Below, piece after piece: positions 52,760 to 63,600 of a stretch of 64,000 bases of DNA (position 1 is its first letter; every line of letters starts with the position of its first letter). The stretch is from Haliotis rufescens. Its lineage: Eukaryota. The notes beneath the pieces are model-generated. The model had not been told where the DNA came from. It was given only the letters and a program-made list of their open reading frames with translations, and did no database searches. Both the position numbers and the translations under genes were made by a program. The stretch lies in NCBI RefSeq assembly GCF_023055435.1, contig NW_025964001.1:43338001-43402000 (forward strand), written 5' to 3'.

Positions 52760-53747
52760 TGTTTTCGAAAACCCTGCACGGACAAACTGAGTATTCATTT
52801 CTCTACAGCTTCTAATTGTGCCATAGCCATAGATAATTTCATTTCAGTTTGACACCTTTCAAGCTCAGCTCTCTTTTGATTTTCAACTTCAAAAAATTTC
52901 AATTTAGTGTTTAATGCTGCAGCTTCGGCTGTAGCAGCAATTTTGGTCTCATACAGTTTTGACACATTCGACATTTTTGATGACTTAGTCTTTACAGATT
53001 TACATGATTTGCTGTCAGGGAATTTCCGTTCACTCAAACCAAATTCAAGTTCACACAGTTTATCACTCACGGATTTAATTAAATCAAAATGTTTTGATTC
53101 AATCTCGTCAAATTTTGCAAGCAAATGTTCATCAGAATAATTGAATTCAGTTAGTTTCCAATGTTCACTACACACAATTGCCATACGGTCTTCTAAACAA
53201 TCACGAATTGAACGCAGTTCAGATATGTCCACACTGTCAGATACTAACTTCATGACACTACTCGCCTGCCGACGCCATGCAGATAGTGCAGATTTGAAAC
53301 GTTTCACACATAGTTCAATCTTATAATCAGTGTATTCTTGTGTAGGTTTAGCCGCACGGCTACTTAAATCATCATCACAATTGTTCATATTGTCAATATT
53401 CAAATCCATGCTGACACTATTGAAATTCAACTTACTCCCGGTACACGTTCTTTCCACTCAATCGATGTTTTACTATAATGTTTTCGAAAACCCTGAACGG
53501 AGAAACTGAGTATTCATGATGTTTATTTTACAGAATTTCTAATATAGCAAACTCACATTTGTCCAATTCCCTGAAATCCGTAAAACATCTTGACGGAATG
53601 CGGATAAACAAAGGCCTTTCTCACCGGAAAGCATGGTACTCGCTCCATACCCCAAGGGAGCTAAAAACAATACTCACCACTAATGAGAAGAAACAATAAA
53701 GCGCTATTAAAATATCTTATTGCCATATCTGACTGACTACCGTTACA
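52760..53747 (-). mobile_element. Internally deleted LTR retrotransposon, BEL/Pao-like
   Basis: 269 bp TGT...ACA LTR at 53747-53479. The 220 aa ORF 53457-52795 has a Ser/Lys-rich patch then an AEAAA coiled coil, resembling a BEL gag N-terminus. The last ~38 bp of the LTR is repeated at 52797-52760. No clear TSD. Confidence 0.6.
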
Positions 53748-53846
53748 GTATGGATTGTCTTTATTTCCTCCAGTACTGAAGATACATTATATAATATACA
53801 TCGTAGATACTTGAATTAGATTAAAACTAAACAAAGTAGTTACATG

Positions 53847-56800
53847 TCATGGTGAAGGAGCTATGAACAAGTGTTGCCACTTGTTAACGTAATGAGAGAC
53901 TAGTAACATAGTTTCGCCCCATATCTCAAGCTCAAGGTCTTTCATGCAATCAGGCAGCCCACCTAAGAGGAAAGACATGATAACATCATCATCATCTGAC
54001 CAAAGGTCAACAAAGGAATTCGCATCTGTGATATCAAAGATATTTTCGAACATTTCATTTCTTTCTTGCATATTTATAGTACATGACATAAAAATGTGTT
54101 TGACTATGTCATGGGCTACAGTTCCGCAGTGACATTCTCGCGATTCTATCTTGGAGCATCCTATTTTGACCATATTAGACAGAACATAGAACTTTGAAGG
54201 AAATCGTAATGAAAGTTGCCAAATCCTGTGTTGACCTTCTGATCTGATACCAGTATATCTTAACAGGTCCTGTCGGTCACACATTTGTTTCAATAGCCTA
54301 ACAGAGTCTACATTTCTTATCTTTTCATTCACAAGACTAGTCCATTTACATTTACTGGGAACATTACAATTATCTATGTAATCATTCAAGAAATGGAAAA
54401 GATCGTATTTATGTACCAGGCGCAGCATGTTGAAACAGGGAGATTTATAACATCTTTTGTCAAAGTCTGGTTGACATTTGTATTGCCCAAGTCTGCCAAT
54501 AAACAGTTGTTTGAAATAGAAGTCGCAGCTAGATCGACACAGTTTACCAAAAAAGAGCAGAGCTTGTTTATCAATGTATGCCTGAATGGTAATAAGATCT
54601 AGACTATCCAATACAACTTCGCTTGATGTAAGTCTTGGTAGACCCTGTACTTTTTTACTGAAGTAGCGCTGTGGTATTTCCAGCAATTCATACTCTCTAC
54701 CAGTAAGTTGCCCCCATACATTGCATCCATATAAGGCACATGGCAAGATAACTCTCTGTAGTATTCGCACAGCTGCAATTGGGTTCAACCCACCGAAATA
54801 CAAGCCATTGTTATGATTTACATTAATAAGTCTTTTCAGTTTTTCACATGCAATACGCGAGCGTTCGAGTGTTGAGATACTGTCACTTAGGCATACACCA
54901 GCATACGTAACAAAATGTTTGTGTGGCAATTCTATCCTTCCACAGGAAACATGAGGGTCGGGTACATTATATTTACAATGCGAAAATACTACGACTGCAC
55001 TTTTATTCACATTATAAACCAGACGCCATCTACACGCATAGTTGTGAGCAATATCTAGCAGGTTTTGCAGTGCTGATGGAGAGCTACTGACAATGGTTGT
55101 ATCGTCTGCTAGCAGTTGACCCGGATAGTGACCCCAAGGTAAGCGGAGGCCGTAGCCAGAGCAATCAAGATTGCAAATGAGATCATTGATATACACTGTG
55201 AAGAGCCAGGCGGATAAGACACGTCCTTGACCAACACCTTGATAGATAGAAAATACATCTGAGTTGTAGCCTGCGTATGTAACATATGATTGCATGGACG
55301 AGTAGGCATTACGCAAAAGACGCCATGTTTTACCAGTTATACCCATGTCATATAACTTAACGAATAAGCCATCAAGCCATACTCTATCAAATGCCTTTGC
55401 GTTATCAAGAAATGCACAATAAACAACTGATTTTCTTTCCGTATAGTATGCAATGTTTTCGAGGAGGCTGAAGCAGGCTGTTTCAGCCCCTGCATTTTTG
55501 CGAAATCCGAATTGTAACGGATGCGGAAAAACACACTTTCTGTTTACCCACTTTTCAATTCTGAAGAGCAGGAGGCGTTCAAAAAGCTTACTGAGGACAG
55601 ATGTTAGGGTAATCCCTCTGTAATTGTTTGGGTCAGCCTTGCTCTTACCATGACCTTTGTGAATTGGTAAGATCTTGCCTACGTGATAAGAAGATGGTAT
55701 ATGTTCATATTTAATTATAGCATTGAATATTGTAGTTAAATGGCCAAATAATGATCTACCTGCACGTTTAAGGTGTTCATTAGTTAGGCAGTCTGGACCA
55801 GGGGATTTTCCCATTTTCAAGGACTTGACAGTACACCAAACCTCTTGGGAGGTAAAAGGATCGGATAGCGGTGAATTAAGCTTTTCCACATCAGGATTTT
55901 TATAGATCTTTTCGATTAATTCTACTCTTTCCGTTACATGAGAAGCAAAAGATTCATCAAAACAATCAGATATTACAGGTGTAGCTAAATCAGCAAAATA
56001 CATGCCAAACGCTGAGCATATGTCCTCTGGCGTCGTTGAAGAAATCCCATTAACAGTTAATTTTGACATTTGTCCATTCTGTCTCGATAAGCGTTTAGTC
56101 ACTTTCACATATTCGTTAATGTCCACTTCAGCAGCTTTCGATATTTCGCAGAGTTTATCGTCAAGACTGCGTTGTTTTGATCTGCGATGGCGTTTTCGAA
56201 ATTCACGTTTAGCGTCTTTGTACTTTCTATAGTGTTCATCGTCTATATTATGAGATTTTCCCGAGGCACGCCAGAGTCCGCGACATCGTCTCATTTCATT
56301 ATGGAGAGGTTTCAAACAATCTCTTTTCCAATATGGTTTCAGGTACGAGCGATAACTGGAGCATGGTATACTGTTGTTTGATGAATCTATGAGTGCCTGT
56401 ACGATAAAGTCGTTGTAGGAGTTGATATATTCTGCAGGAGTTAAGTAGCATGACAAATCAACGCACGTCTCTCGGAGATGGTTCTCAGTCTCATACCGGT
56501 AGAGCATCAAGTCAACTTCACTTGCTTTTTTCCAGTCAATCTTGTCACCACCATAGTGTTTACTGGAACCGGCGACATTTAGATACACAATTATAGGCAA
56601 GTGATCAGACACACTGTAGGGCACACTAGTGTCAATCATATGTCCAGTTACACAAGGGAGGTATTCTTTATGTACAAAAACATAGTCAATGAGAGTTCTC
56701 GAAGAATTATTCTTTGTTGAAAATGTATTTTGAGACTGATCATCCAGGGGAACAATAGAAATAAGATTTCTTTCAGTGAGTGCTCTCTGCAAATATGACG

Positions 56801-57344
56801 CACGTTTTCTTGTGGGTTGAAGATGTTTGCGCAGATCTACATTAAAATCCCCCAGGAGAATAGTGTCACCTTCGTGTGAATATTGATCATACATCGCCAT
56901 GATAAAGTCAAGAGCGTCTATATATACACTATCCAAAACATTGGAAGATGGCAGATGTGTTCCAATGACATAGATCAGTTCTTCATTCGTTTTAAGTTTT
57001 ATACCTAACATACGGTCCTGGCTATTGGTATCCAGAAGTGTGACCTTGCACTGTTTTGATTTTCTGACGAATATCGCCACTCCCCCAAAGCCTCTGTGAC
57101 CCTGGGGATAACCCACAGAACATTTAGTAAATACTGCAAATTGGTCGTTAATGTGATACAGGGTGTCTTCATTCTGTCTATCAAGCCATGTTTCACACAC
57201 AAACATTAGATCACAGTGGTCTAATCTGGAAGACAGTTCATGCTCGCTTTTAACGATGCCTCGTATATTCCATGTTGCAAGTCTGCTTATGAGCATTATT
57301 AGAAGTAATGGTAGCATCACTTGAAGTTTAATACATTTCCCCAT
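53847..57344 (-). CDS. LINE ORF2: AP-like endonuclease, reverse transcriptase and C-terminal CCHC-type knuckle
   Basis: TWNIRG, CETW, LGDFN, IDYVF, SDHLP (EN); KSPGPD, NYRGITL, QFGFR, LDNAKAFDRV, GVGQGRVLS, LLADD (RT); CHC-x8-H-x4-C. Confidence 0.95.
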   Translation of the reverse strand: MGKCIKLQVMLPLLLIMLISRLATWNIRGIVKSEHELSSRLDHCDLMFVCETWLDRQNEDTLYHINDQFAVFTKCSVGYPQGHRGFGGVAIFVRKSKQCKVTLLDTNSQDRMLGIKLKTNEELIYVIGTHLPSSNVLDSVYIDALDFIMAMYDQYSHEGDTILLGDFNVDLRKHLQPTRKRASYLQRALTERNLISIVPLDDQSQNTFSTKNNSSRTLIDYVFVHKEYLPCVTGHMIDTSVPYSVSDHLPIIVYLNVAGSSKHYGGDKIDWKKASEVDLMLYRYETENHLRETCVDLSCYLTPAEYINSYNDFIVQALIDSSNNSIPCSSYRSYLKPYWKRDCLKPLHNEMRRCRGLWRASGKSHNIDDEHYRKYKDAKREFRKRHRRSKQRSLDDKLCEISKAAEVDINEYVKVTKRLSRQNGQMSKLTVNGISSTTPEDICSAFGMYFADLATPVISDCFDESFASHVTERVELIEKIYKNPDVEKLNSPLSDPFTSQEVWCTVKSLKMGKSPGPDCLTNEHLKRAGRSLFGHLTTIFNAIIKYEHIPSSYHVGKILPIHKGHGKSKADPNNYRGITLTSVLSKLFERLLLFRIEKWVNRKCVFPHPLQFGFRKNAGAETACFSLLENIAYYTERKSVVYCAFLDNAKAFDRVWLDGLFVKLYDMGITGKTWRLLRNAYSSMQSYVTYAGYNSDVFSIYQGVGQGRVLSAWLFTVYINDLICNLDCSGYGLRLPWGHYPGQLLADDTTIVSSSPSALQNLLDIAHNYACRWRLVYNVNKSAVVVFSHCKYNVPDPHVSCGRIELPHKHFVTYAGVCLSDSISTLERSRIACEKLKRLINVNHNNGLYFGGLNPIAAVRILQRVILPCALYGCNVWGQLTGREYELLEIPQRYFSKKVQGLPRLTSSEVVLDSLDLITIQAYIDKQALLFFGKLCRSSCDFYFKQLFIGRLGQYKCQPDFDKRCYKSPCFNMLRLVHKYDLFHFLNDYIDNCNVPSKCKWTSLVNEKIRNVDSVRLLKQMCDRQDLLRYTGIRSEGQHRIWQLSLRFPSKFYVLSNMVKIGCSKIESRECHCGTVAHDIVKHIFMSCTINMQERNEMFENIFDITDANSFVDLWSDDDDVIMSFLLGGLPDCMKDLELEIWGETMLLVSHYVNKWQHLFIAPSP

Positions 57345-57346
57345 AA

Positions 57347-58786
57347 TTATTTATTGCTATGGAATGTGCGTGAACTATCCTCGTCCTGACCATACCAGTA
57401 TTTCCTTGGCACCCACTCGCGGCAGTTTACATTTTCTGGCCAAAACGTATCATCATCAAGAATGATTTTTCCACACTGAGGCGACACACTGATTGATATT
57501 GTGTAAGTCGGATTATATCCCTGCCAGTGTTTCAGTAGGGAGATCTTGTGGATTATTACACCCCTCTCCTTGGCAAAGTTAGTAATGGCATCTTGGACAA
57601 TATCAAACGACTGTTTCGCACAAATATATGACAATACAAATCGTTTAGTTCTGGTACGTGATGCCCCCGAAAATGCACGTTTCCATTCTTGGGAGAAGTT
57701 AACTGTGCGCTGTTCATTGGTGTCGATGTGTTCCTCAATGGACTGGTTATCCTTTGTTATCTGCAGGGTGTCGGCGTGCCTGGTCTGTGGGGGTTGAGTG
57801 ACACGCTTGGCTTGAGCTGAGGCCTGAGTCGGGGGACACTGACTGTGGGCTGGTGCGTGGGGTGATGGAGACAGGCGCTCAGCTGGGGCGTGGATGTCAA
57901 CAGTTATCTCCCTTTCATGGCGGGATATTCGAGTTTCTGGTGGACTCTTCACAGCTTCTGAGTAGAGTAGCTTATCCCTCGTATTCATGCAGTCTATTTT
58001 ACCATCGATTGCGCTTGTTCGCTTGTTGATTGATGACATTGTCTCGCACAGCTTGTCTTTCAGTAAGATATTTTCACAGCTTTTGTCCTTCAGTTCACGT
58101 TTTAGTGATGTAATCTCACTGCTCTGTCGTTCAAGACTGGAGGTCAACTTCTGCACTTCTACTGCATACGTTTTGACTTCGTTATTTTTCTCATCCCATG
58201 CTGTTATTAGTTGTCTCATATCACTCTCATACCTCTCTTGAAAATCTTGTAGTTTACCATTAACACACTTCATCTGTTCTTTCAGATCATCATGAAACAT
58301 AATAAGTTTGCTCACAATGTCACACATTACATCATTATTTGACCGATCATCACACACACTATCGCTGCCGACAAGGTGTTCTCCGCTTATACTTTTAGAG
58401 CGTACATGATGTTTCACACGACTGAGAACTTCATTTTGAACAACATGTCCAGGGATACATCTTTTGATATATTTGTACAATAGATAGATGTCAGATGCAT
58501 ACTTCTGGGAAACCTTTTGTCCACCACGATGCACACGTCTTGCAAGTATACCTTCTGGAAAATCACTATTTTCTTTCTTTGCAATATCGTAGAGTGAGAA
58601 TCTGACGTCACTTAAGTATTTTTCATCATTTTTGTAAGCATCCATGAGCTTGTTCTCACATGTTACTTTGTCGTGTTCAGCAATGATATCAGTAAGTTCA
58701 TGGAGTATGGCATAATCAGTGGAATCGGGGGGTTGAGTACAATATGTAGGCGATGATTCACTCATAGTGACAAATCTGGGTAACAC
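57347..58786 (-). CDS. LINE ORF1: coiled coil plus C-terminal RRM-like domain
   Basis: 479 aa directly upstream of ORF2 (TAA-TT-ATG). Central heptad region, LYSEAVK, C-terminal FWPENVNCREW. Confidence 0.88.
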   Translation of the reverse strand: MLPRFVTMSESSPTYCTQPPDSTDYAILHELTDIIAEHDKVTCENKLMDAYKNDEKYLSDVRFSLYDIAKKENSDFPEGILARRVHRGGQKVSQKYASDIYLLYKYIKRCIPGHVVQNEVLSRVKHHVRSKSISGEHLVGSDSVCDDRSNNDVMCDIVSKLIMFHDDLKEQMKCVNGKLQDFQERYESDMRQLITAWDEKNNEVKTYAVEVQKLTSSLERQSSEITSLKRELKDKSCENILLKDKLCETMSSINKRTSAIDGKIDCMNTRDKLLYSEAVKSPPETRISRHEREITVDIHAPAERLSPSPHAPAHSQCPPTQASAQAKRVTQPPQTRHADTLQITKDNQSIEEHIDTNEQRTVNFSQEWKRAFSGASRTRTKRFVLSYICAKQSFDIVQDAITNFAKERGVIIHKISLLKHWQGYNPTYTISISVSPQCGKIILDDDTFWPENVNCREWVPRKYWYGQDEDSSRTFHSNK

Positions 58787-59073
58787 AGCAGGGTGAAGAA
58801 GAAAAGATTACCTGGTGAGCCAGTCAAGGCCAGTAGTATTTCCGCTCAAACTACCAGCACTCATTCCTTGGGCTGTATTCGACAATTATCGAATAAAGTT
58901 CACATGGAAATGTAGCTGTTGTCCAATGTTACACATGTGATGATGTCATTTTCATTCTGCAGTATGTTTATCTCCACTAAAAATGCTAGTAAGCTAGTAA
59001 GCTTGGGGTACATCAAAGCTCAGCAGAGCTCTCGAAAACACGTCCACACTGCTCGGCGTCCACTGTCCCTCCC

Positions 59074-59300
59074 TATGTATGTATGTATGTATGTATGTAT
59101 GTATGTATGTGTGTATGTGTGTATGTGTGTATGTGTGTATGTATGTATGAGTGTATGTATTTCTGAATGTATTTCTGAATGTATTTCTGAATGTATTTTT
59201 GAATGTATTTCTGAATGTATCTCTGTTTGTATTCATGTATGTATTTGTGTATGTATGTATGCATGAGTGTGTGTATTCCTTATGTATTTCTGTGTGTATA
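59074..59300. repeat. (TATG)n microsatellite and 12 bp TATTTCTGAATG repeat
   Basis: Direct inspection. Confidence 0.9.
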
Positions 59301-59834
59301 TCGTGTGTAATACACGCCGTATCAATCAAGCCACCTGACCGCGCGATCTATTTAGACGCCTCTCACATCTAGTACTGGTTGCCGTGACCAAATCTAACAC
59401 GGGCTCCCAATGGGGTCCTGATTAAATCGCCTCTTATGACCAGAGCAATGGATACGGGGGGCACATTCTACTCCCACTCCCCACCGGGTTATCAATGTCG
59501 AATATGTCCTTTATAACAACCTATATTTCGAACCATCAGGTGTTAAGATAATATTTATCATTTTTTTTATGACATACATTTTCGACTTCCTATTAAAATC
59601 AAAGATATTATATGCTTTTGGAAGGTGTATTATCATTTTTTGATAGAGGTACAGAGGGTAAAACGTAACACCATACAGTGAAAGCTCGTTACCCACTTCA
59701 CCCGAAAAGAAACCCCACAAAAACAAAAGCAACCCGAATCTCAGCATTTTTCTGTTTCCGTCAGAAACGTCAACACCTATTAAAGAACATCTCTCTGAAG
59801 AGGGTAAAACGTAACACCATACAGTGAAAGCTCT

Positions 59835-59836
<2 letters not shown>

Positions 59837-59885
<49 letters not shown>
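59837..59885. repeat. (GT)n microsatellite
   Basis: Direct inspection. Confidence 0.95.
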
Positions 59886-59888
<3 letters not shown>

Positions 59889-60656
59889 AGCTTTGATATT
59901 GTAAAACGTTAGACGGTGACAAGACGGACAGAAAGAATGAATACAAATTATATCAAAGTTTGGTGAGTGGATGTTGTTTTACGTATACCATGACGGCTTG
60001 TAAATACTCGCGGTCAGGTAAAACAGTGGTTGATAGCATGAACAACGATTCATGCCGCCGGGGGACGGTGACACGCAATAAGCCAGATGACACATTGGAA
60101 CCATCGTTATGAATCGGCACATTCAACAAGTATGGGACTGTAGATGCCTATTCTGCACCGGAATTCCCACGGAGTATTTATCAACAGAACCGTCAGTAAT
60201 CGCTAACGAGATAAAAAATTGTATTACTCCAGTAAAGTAGGATCGGTCGATTGGAATCACCAGGGGTGGATGAATAGACTTTCGGATACGTATGTATGTT
60301 TTGCCCGGTCTATTGCTATTGTCGCTATACAGTTGAGATATCGCCAATGCGTTAATAACTTCTAACGTCAATATTGCTCTTAGAAAAACAATTATTTTTA
60401 ACTTTAATCCCGAATGCAGATGTGAAGACGAGGAAAAACAGTTTGGTGCAGGAATGTGCATGTCGTAGATAGGTTGCATTTTGCAATTGACACAAATACC
60501 TGATTAAATATTGTTGTGATCAACAATCAGTTATCAGCCGCTATGTATATACAGATAACCGTTCATATAGAGTGGGTCGAGGTTTGATTTCAGTATCATC
60601 ACCTGAGAGACACATATCGAACGGTCTATAATTGTGTCAATGCATTACAAGTAAAC

Positions 60657-63600
60657 ATGGAAACAACACCTCTCCTTGAGAAGGTGTCTCCCGGCACCAA
60701 GGTGAATGTTAAAAGTTTGATTATTAACAACATAATTGTTTGTTTGTTGGCGTCGGGCACGCATATCTACATGCCTGTGATGAGTCAATACATCTACCAT
60801 CGTGTCGCAGATTCCGTATTCGGGAATGACACTCGCATCAAGAACTTCACTGTTCTGGCTCCCTGCTTCCAGAACACGTCTGATGAAGGATACCGTCTTC
60901 AGGAGAAGGCTCAACAGATCGCCTCTACCAAGTTATGGCAGTATTCCAGTGCTTCAGCCGGTATCGCCGTCTTCAGCAACATCATCCTTGGATCCTACTC
61001 GGACATCATTGGGAGAAAATTTCTATTCCTTTGTCCAATGGCTGGTCATTTATTGCGCAACGCTATGACTGCAGTGATAATCCATTGGCGCCTGGATTTG
61101 AATTACTTCTTCCTAGCTACGGGTGTGGATGGTTTACTTGGCGGTGGCTGGGGCTTTATGCTGGCCACCATGGCCTATACAGCAGACCACACACCTCCCG
61201 AACAGAGCAGGAGTTTGAACATAGTCATCCTGGAATGTGTGATAGGTCTGTCAGAGTCATTTGCTTCAACGGCTACTGGCTATTTCATTCAAAACACTGG
61301 GTTCTTCTATCCTTCCCTTACATCCGCAGCGGTGACATTGTTGGATATGTTGCTGGTGGTATGTTTCATAGAGAGTTCCAAACCAACAGATTCTAATGAC
61401 AAAGAGAGTAGCAAATCCCTATTGCATGGCATGCGCAATATAACTGACATATACTTTGGTGGCAGTGTTTTGAAACGTGCTATCTTCTGGCTTGGTCTGT
61501 GTGTGTTCTTCTTCTCGTCTTTGAGTGACGGAGGAGGATCTAACATAGACACATTGTTCTTCATGAACCTGCCGTTCTGTTGGAGTCCTGAGAAGATGGG
61601 TATATATGACACGATCAGCACTGTAGTGAGGAAAACATTTGGTGTGGCGATCGTCCGTCTCTTACAATGTTGCTGCTCTGACATCACCATGGGGATGCTA
61701 GGTTTGATCTCAAACGCTGGGGGAGAAATGTTGTTCGCCTTCGCATCGGTCGAGTGGATGCTGTACCTTGGATGTAAGTGAGTGAGTGAGTGAGTATGGT
61801 TTTACGCCGCTTTTAGCAATATTCCAGCAATATCATGGGCTTCACATATTGTACCCATGTCGGGATTCGAACCCGGGTCTTTGGCGTGACGAGCGAACGC
61901 TTTAACCTCTAGGCTACCCGACCGCCCTGGATGTAAGTATTTTCATTATAAACAGACTCGTGTTATTCAGTATCTGTTAGGCAGCTTTGTTCATGGTGTA
62001 GTGTAGGAGTTGCGTCCCCTAGATCATAGGGTGGAGGCGTGTGTGTATATGACACATGCATCGTTTGTGTGTGACGTTTACATGGTAACATGGTTATAAA
62101 TTTTATACATAATTTAATGCAATATTTCAACAATTCAACATTATTTTTAAAATCACAAACATAATGAAATACCGACTGCGTATCAAGTTCTGCGTACAGA
62201 CTATTCGATGTTTTTAACGTCAATCTTTCTGTTTGATTGTGTTTTTTGCGATATTTGTCCTTTTAAGCTGTGAGTACAAGCTAATTATCCATGGGCACCA
62301 ATGTTGATACCTTAGATATAATAAATAGTTACCAATATATGTTCAGCGTAACATTTTTGCTGTTGAAGAGCATATATTATGTCAGAGCGGTATAACATAC
62401 TTCTCTTAATGTTGCCATCACTACATGTCAGTTATGCGTTACAGATCCTGGCGTTGCTATCGTCGGTTTTCTTCCAACACCAATGGCCCGGAGTATTCTG
62501 TCCAAGCAACTGCCATCAAATAGACAAGGTATTTTGCTTGGTGGGGGTAGGGTGTGGCTTGTTTTGCTTGTTGTTTAACGCTGCATTAAGAAATATTCTA
62601 TCGAAATGAAGGCAGCCTATAAATAATCGTGTCTGGGACCGACAATCCAGTAATTGATACACACGTTATGAGCAGCGAGCATCGCCGTCGGGGTACGATG
62701 TCCGAGCCTGGCCACTCGATCCTTTACGAACAGCATAGGTTGACCTTTTCTAACCCGGAATCCCCACGGGGTGACAAGGTATGTATAAGAAAAAACATTA
62801 CAGATATCCCAGTGTCTGTTTATTCACTGGATGGTTATGAAACTCGGTACACTTGACAGGGACGATGTTCGCGTCTCTATTTATTCACTGGCCGTGTATG
62901 AACTACTGTGTACTTGGCAGGGGCGATATTCGCGAGTCTGGCAGTGGTGCAGGCGTTGTGTTCTGTGGTGGCGGCTGTAGTCTACAACAACATCTACCAG
63001 GTGACTGTCACCTTCTGGCGGGGCGCTGTCTACATGTCCTATGCTGCCACCAATGGCATTACACTGATTGTGTTCATGTGAGTAAATATATACCAACACG
63101 GGGATTATTTGTTTTTCTAATCACAGTAAAGATACGATAGATCATATCTATTTCTTTTAGGCAAGGCCTAAATTCATTGTCTCTGAAGACTTTCGATCCT
63201 GTTCCTATGTATTTGAACTACAAATAAGATTATATTGAATTGAGATGTTTGTGCTCCACCTTCTGCAGAGCCTTATCAGAGAGTTCACATATCCCCAAAT
63301 CGTATATGCATGTGATCTGTTTGGGAGCGTAGATAATAAACTATACATAAAAACAGACGTTTTTGGAGAAGATTAAAACACTTAGTTTGTTGTGGTCTAG
63401 CTGATGGACCCTGGTTCGTCTTGTTTCGTCAAAAGTTAGGAGACTGATTAATCTGCGAGGCCTTATAGTCCATATAATCATAATTATAATTCATGAACTG
63501 TTGTCAACAAAAATATAACCAGTTATTTTTTACTCTAAGAATATCTATCTAATCTGCAGTTGTATGCATGTCTATTCCCAAACATATCACTGAAACTAAG

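Larger units (their letters stand above)
53752..59073 (-). mobile_element. Full-length non-LTR retrotransposon (two ORFs; clade uncertain, RTEX/CR1-group-like)
   Basis: 5' UTR with DPE-like GGACGTG about 28-29 nt from the 5' end; ORF1 and ORF2 uninterrupted; 3' UTR with AATAAA shared with the truncated copy ending at 12485. Confidence 0.93.

Noticed and set aside
58919-59372. His/Thr/Tyr-rich and Val/Cys-rich ORFs here and at 52366-52785
   Set aside because: Microsatellite translations.
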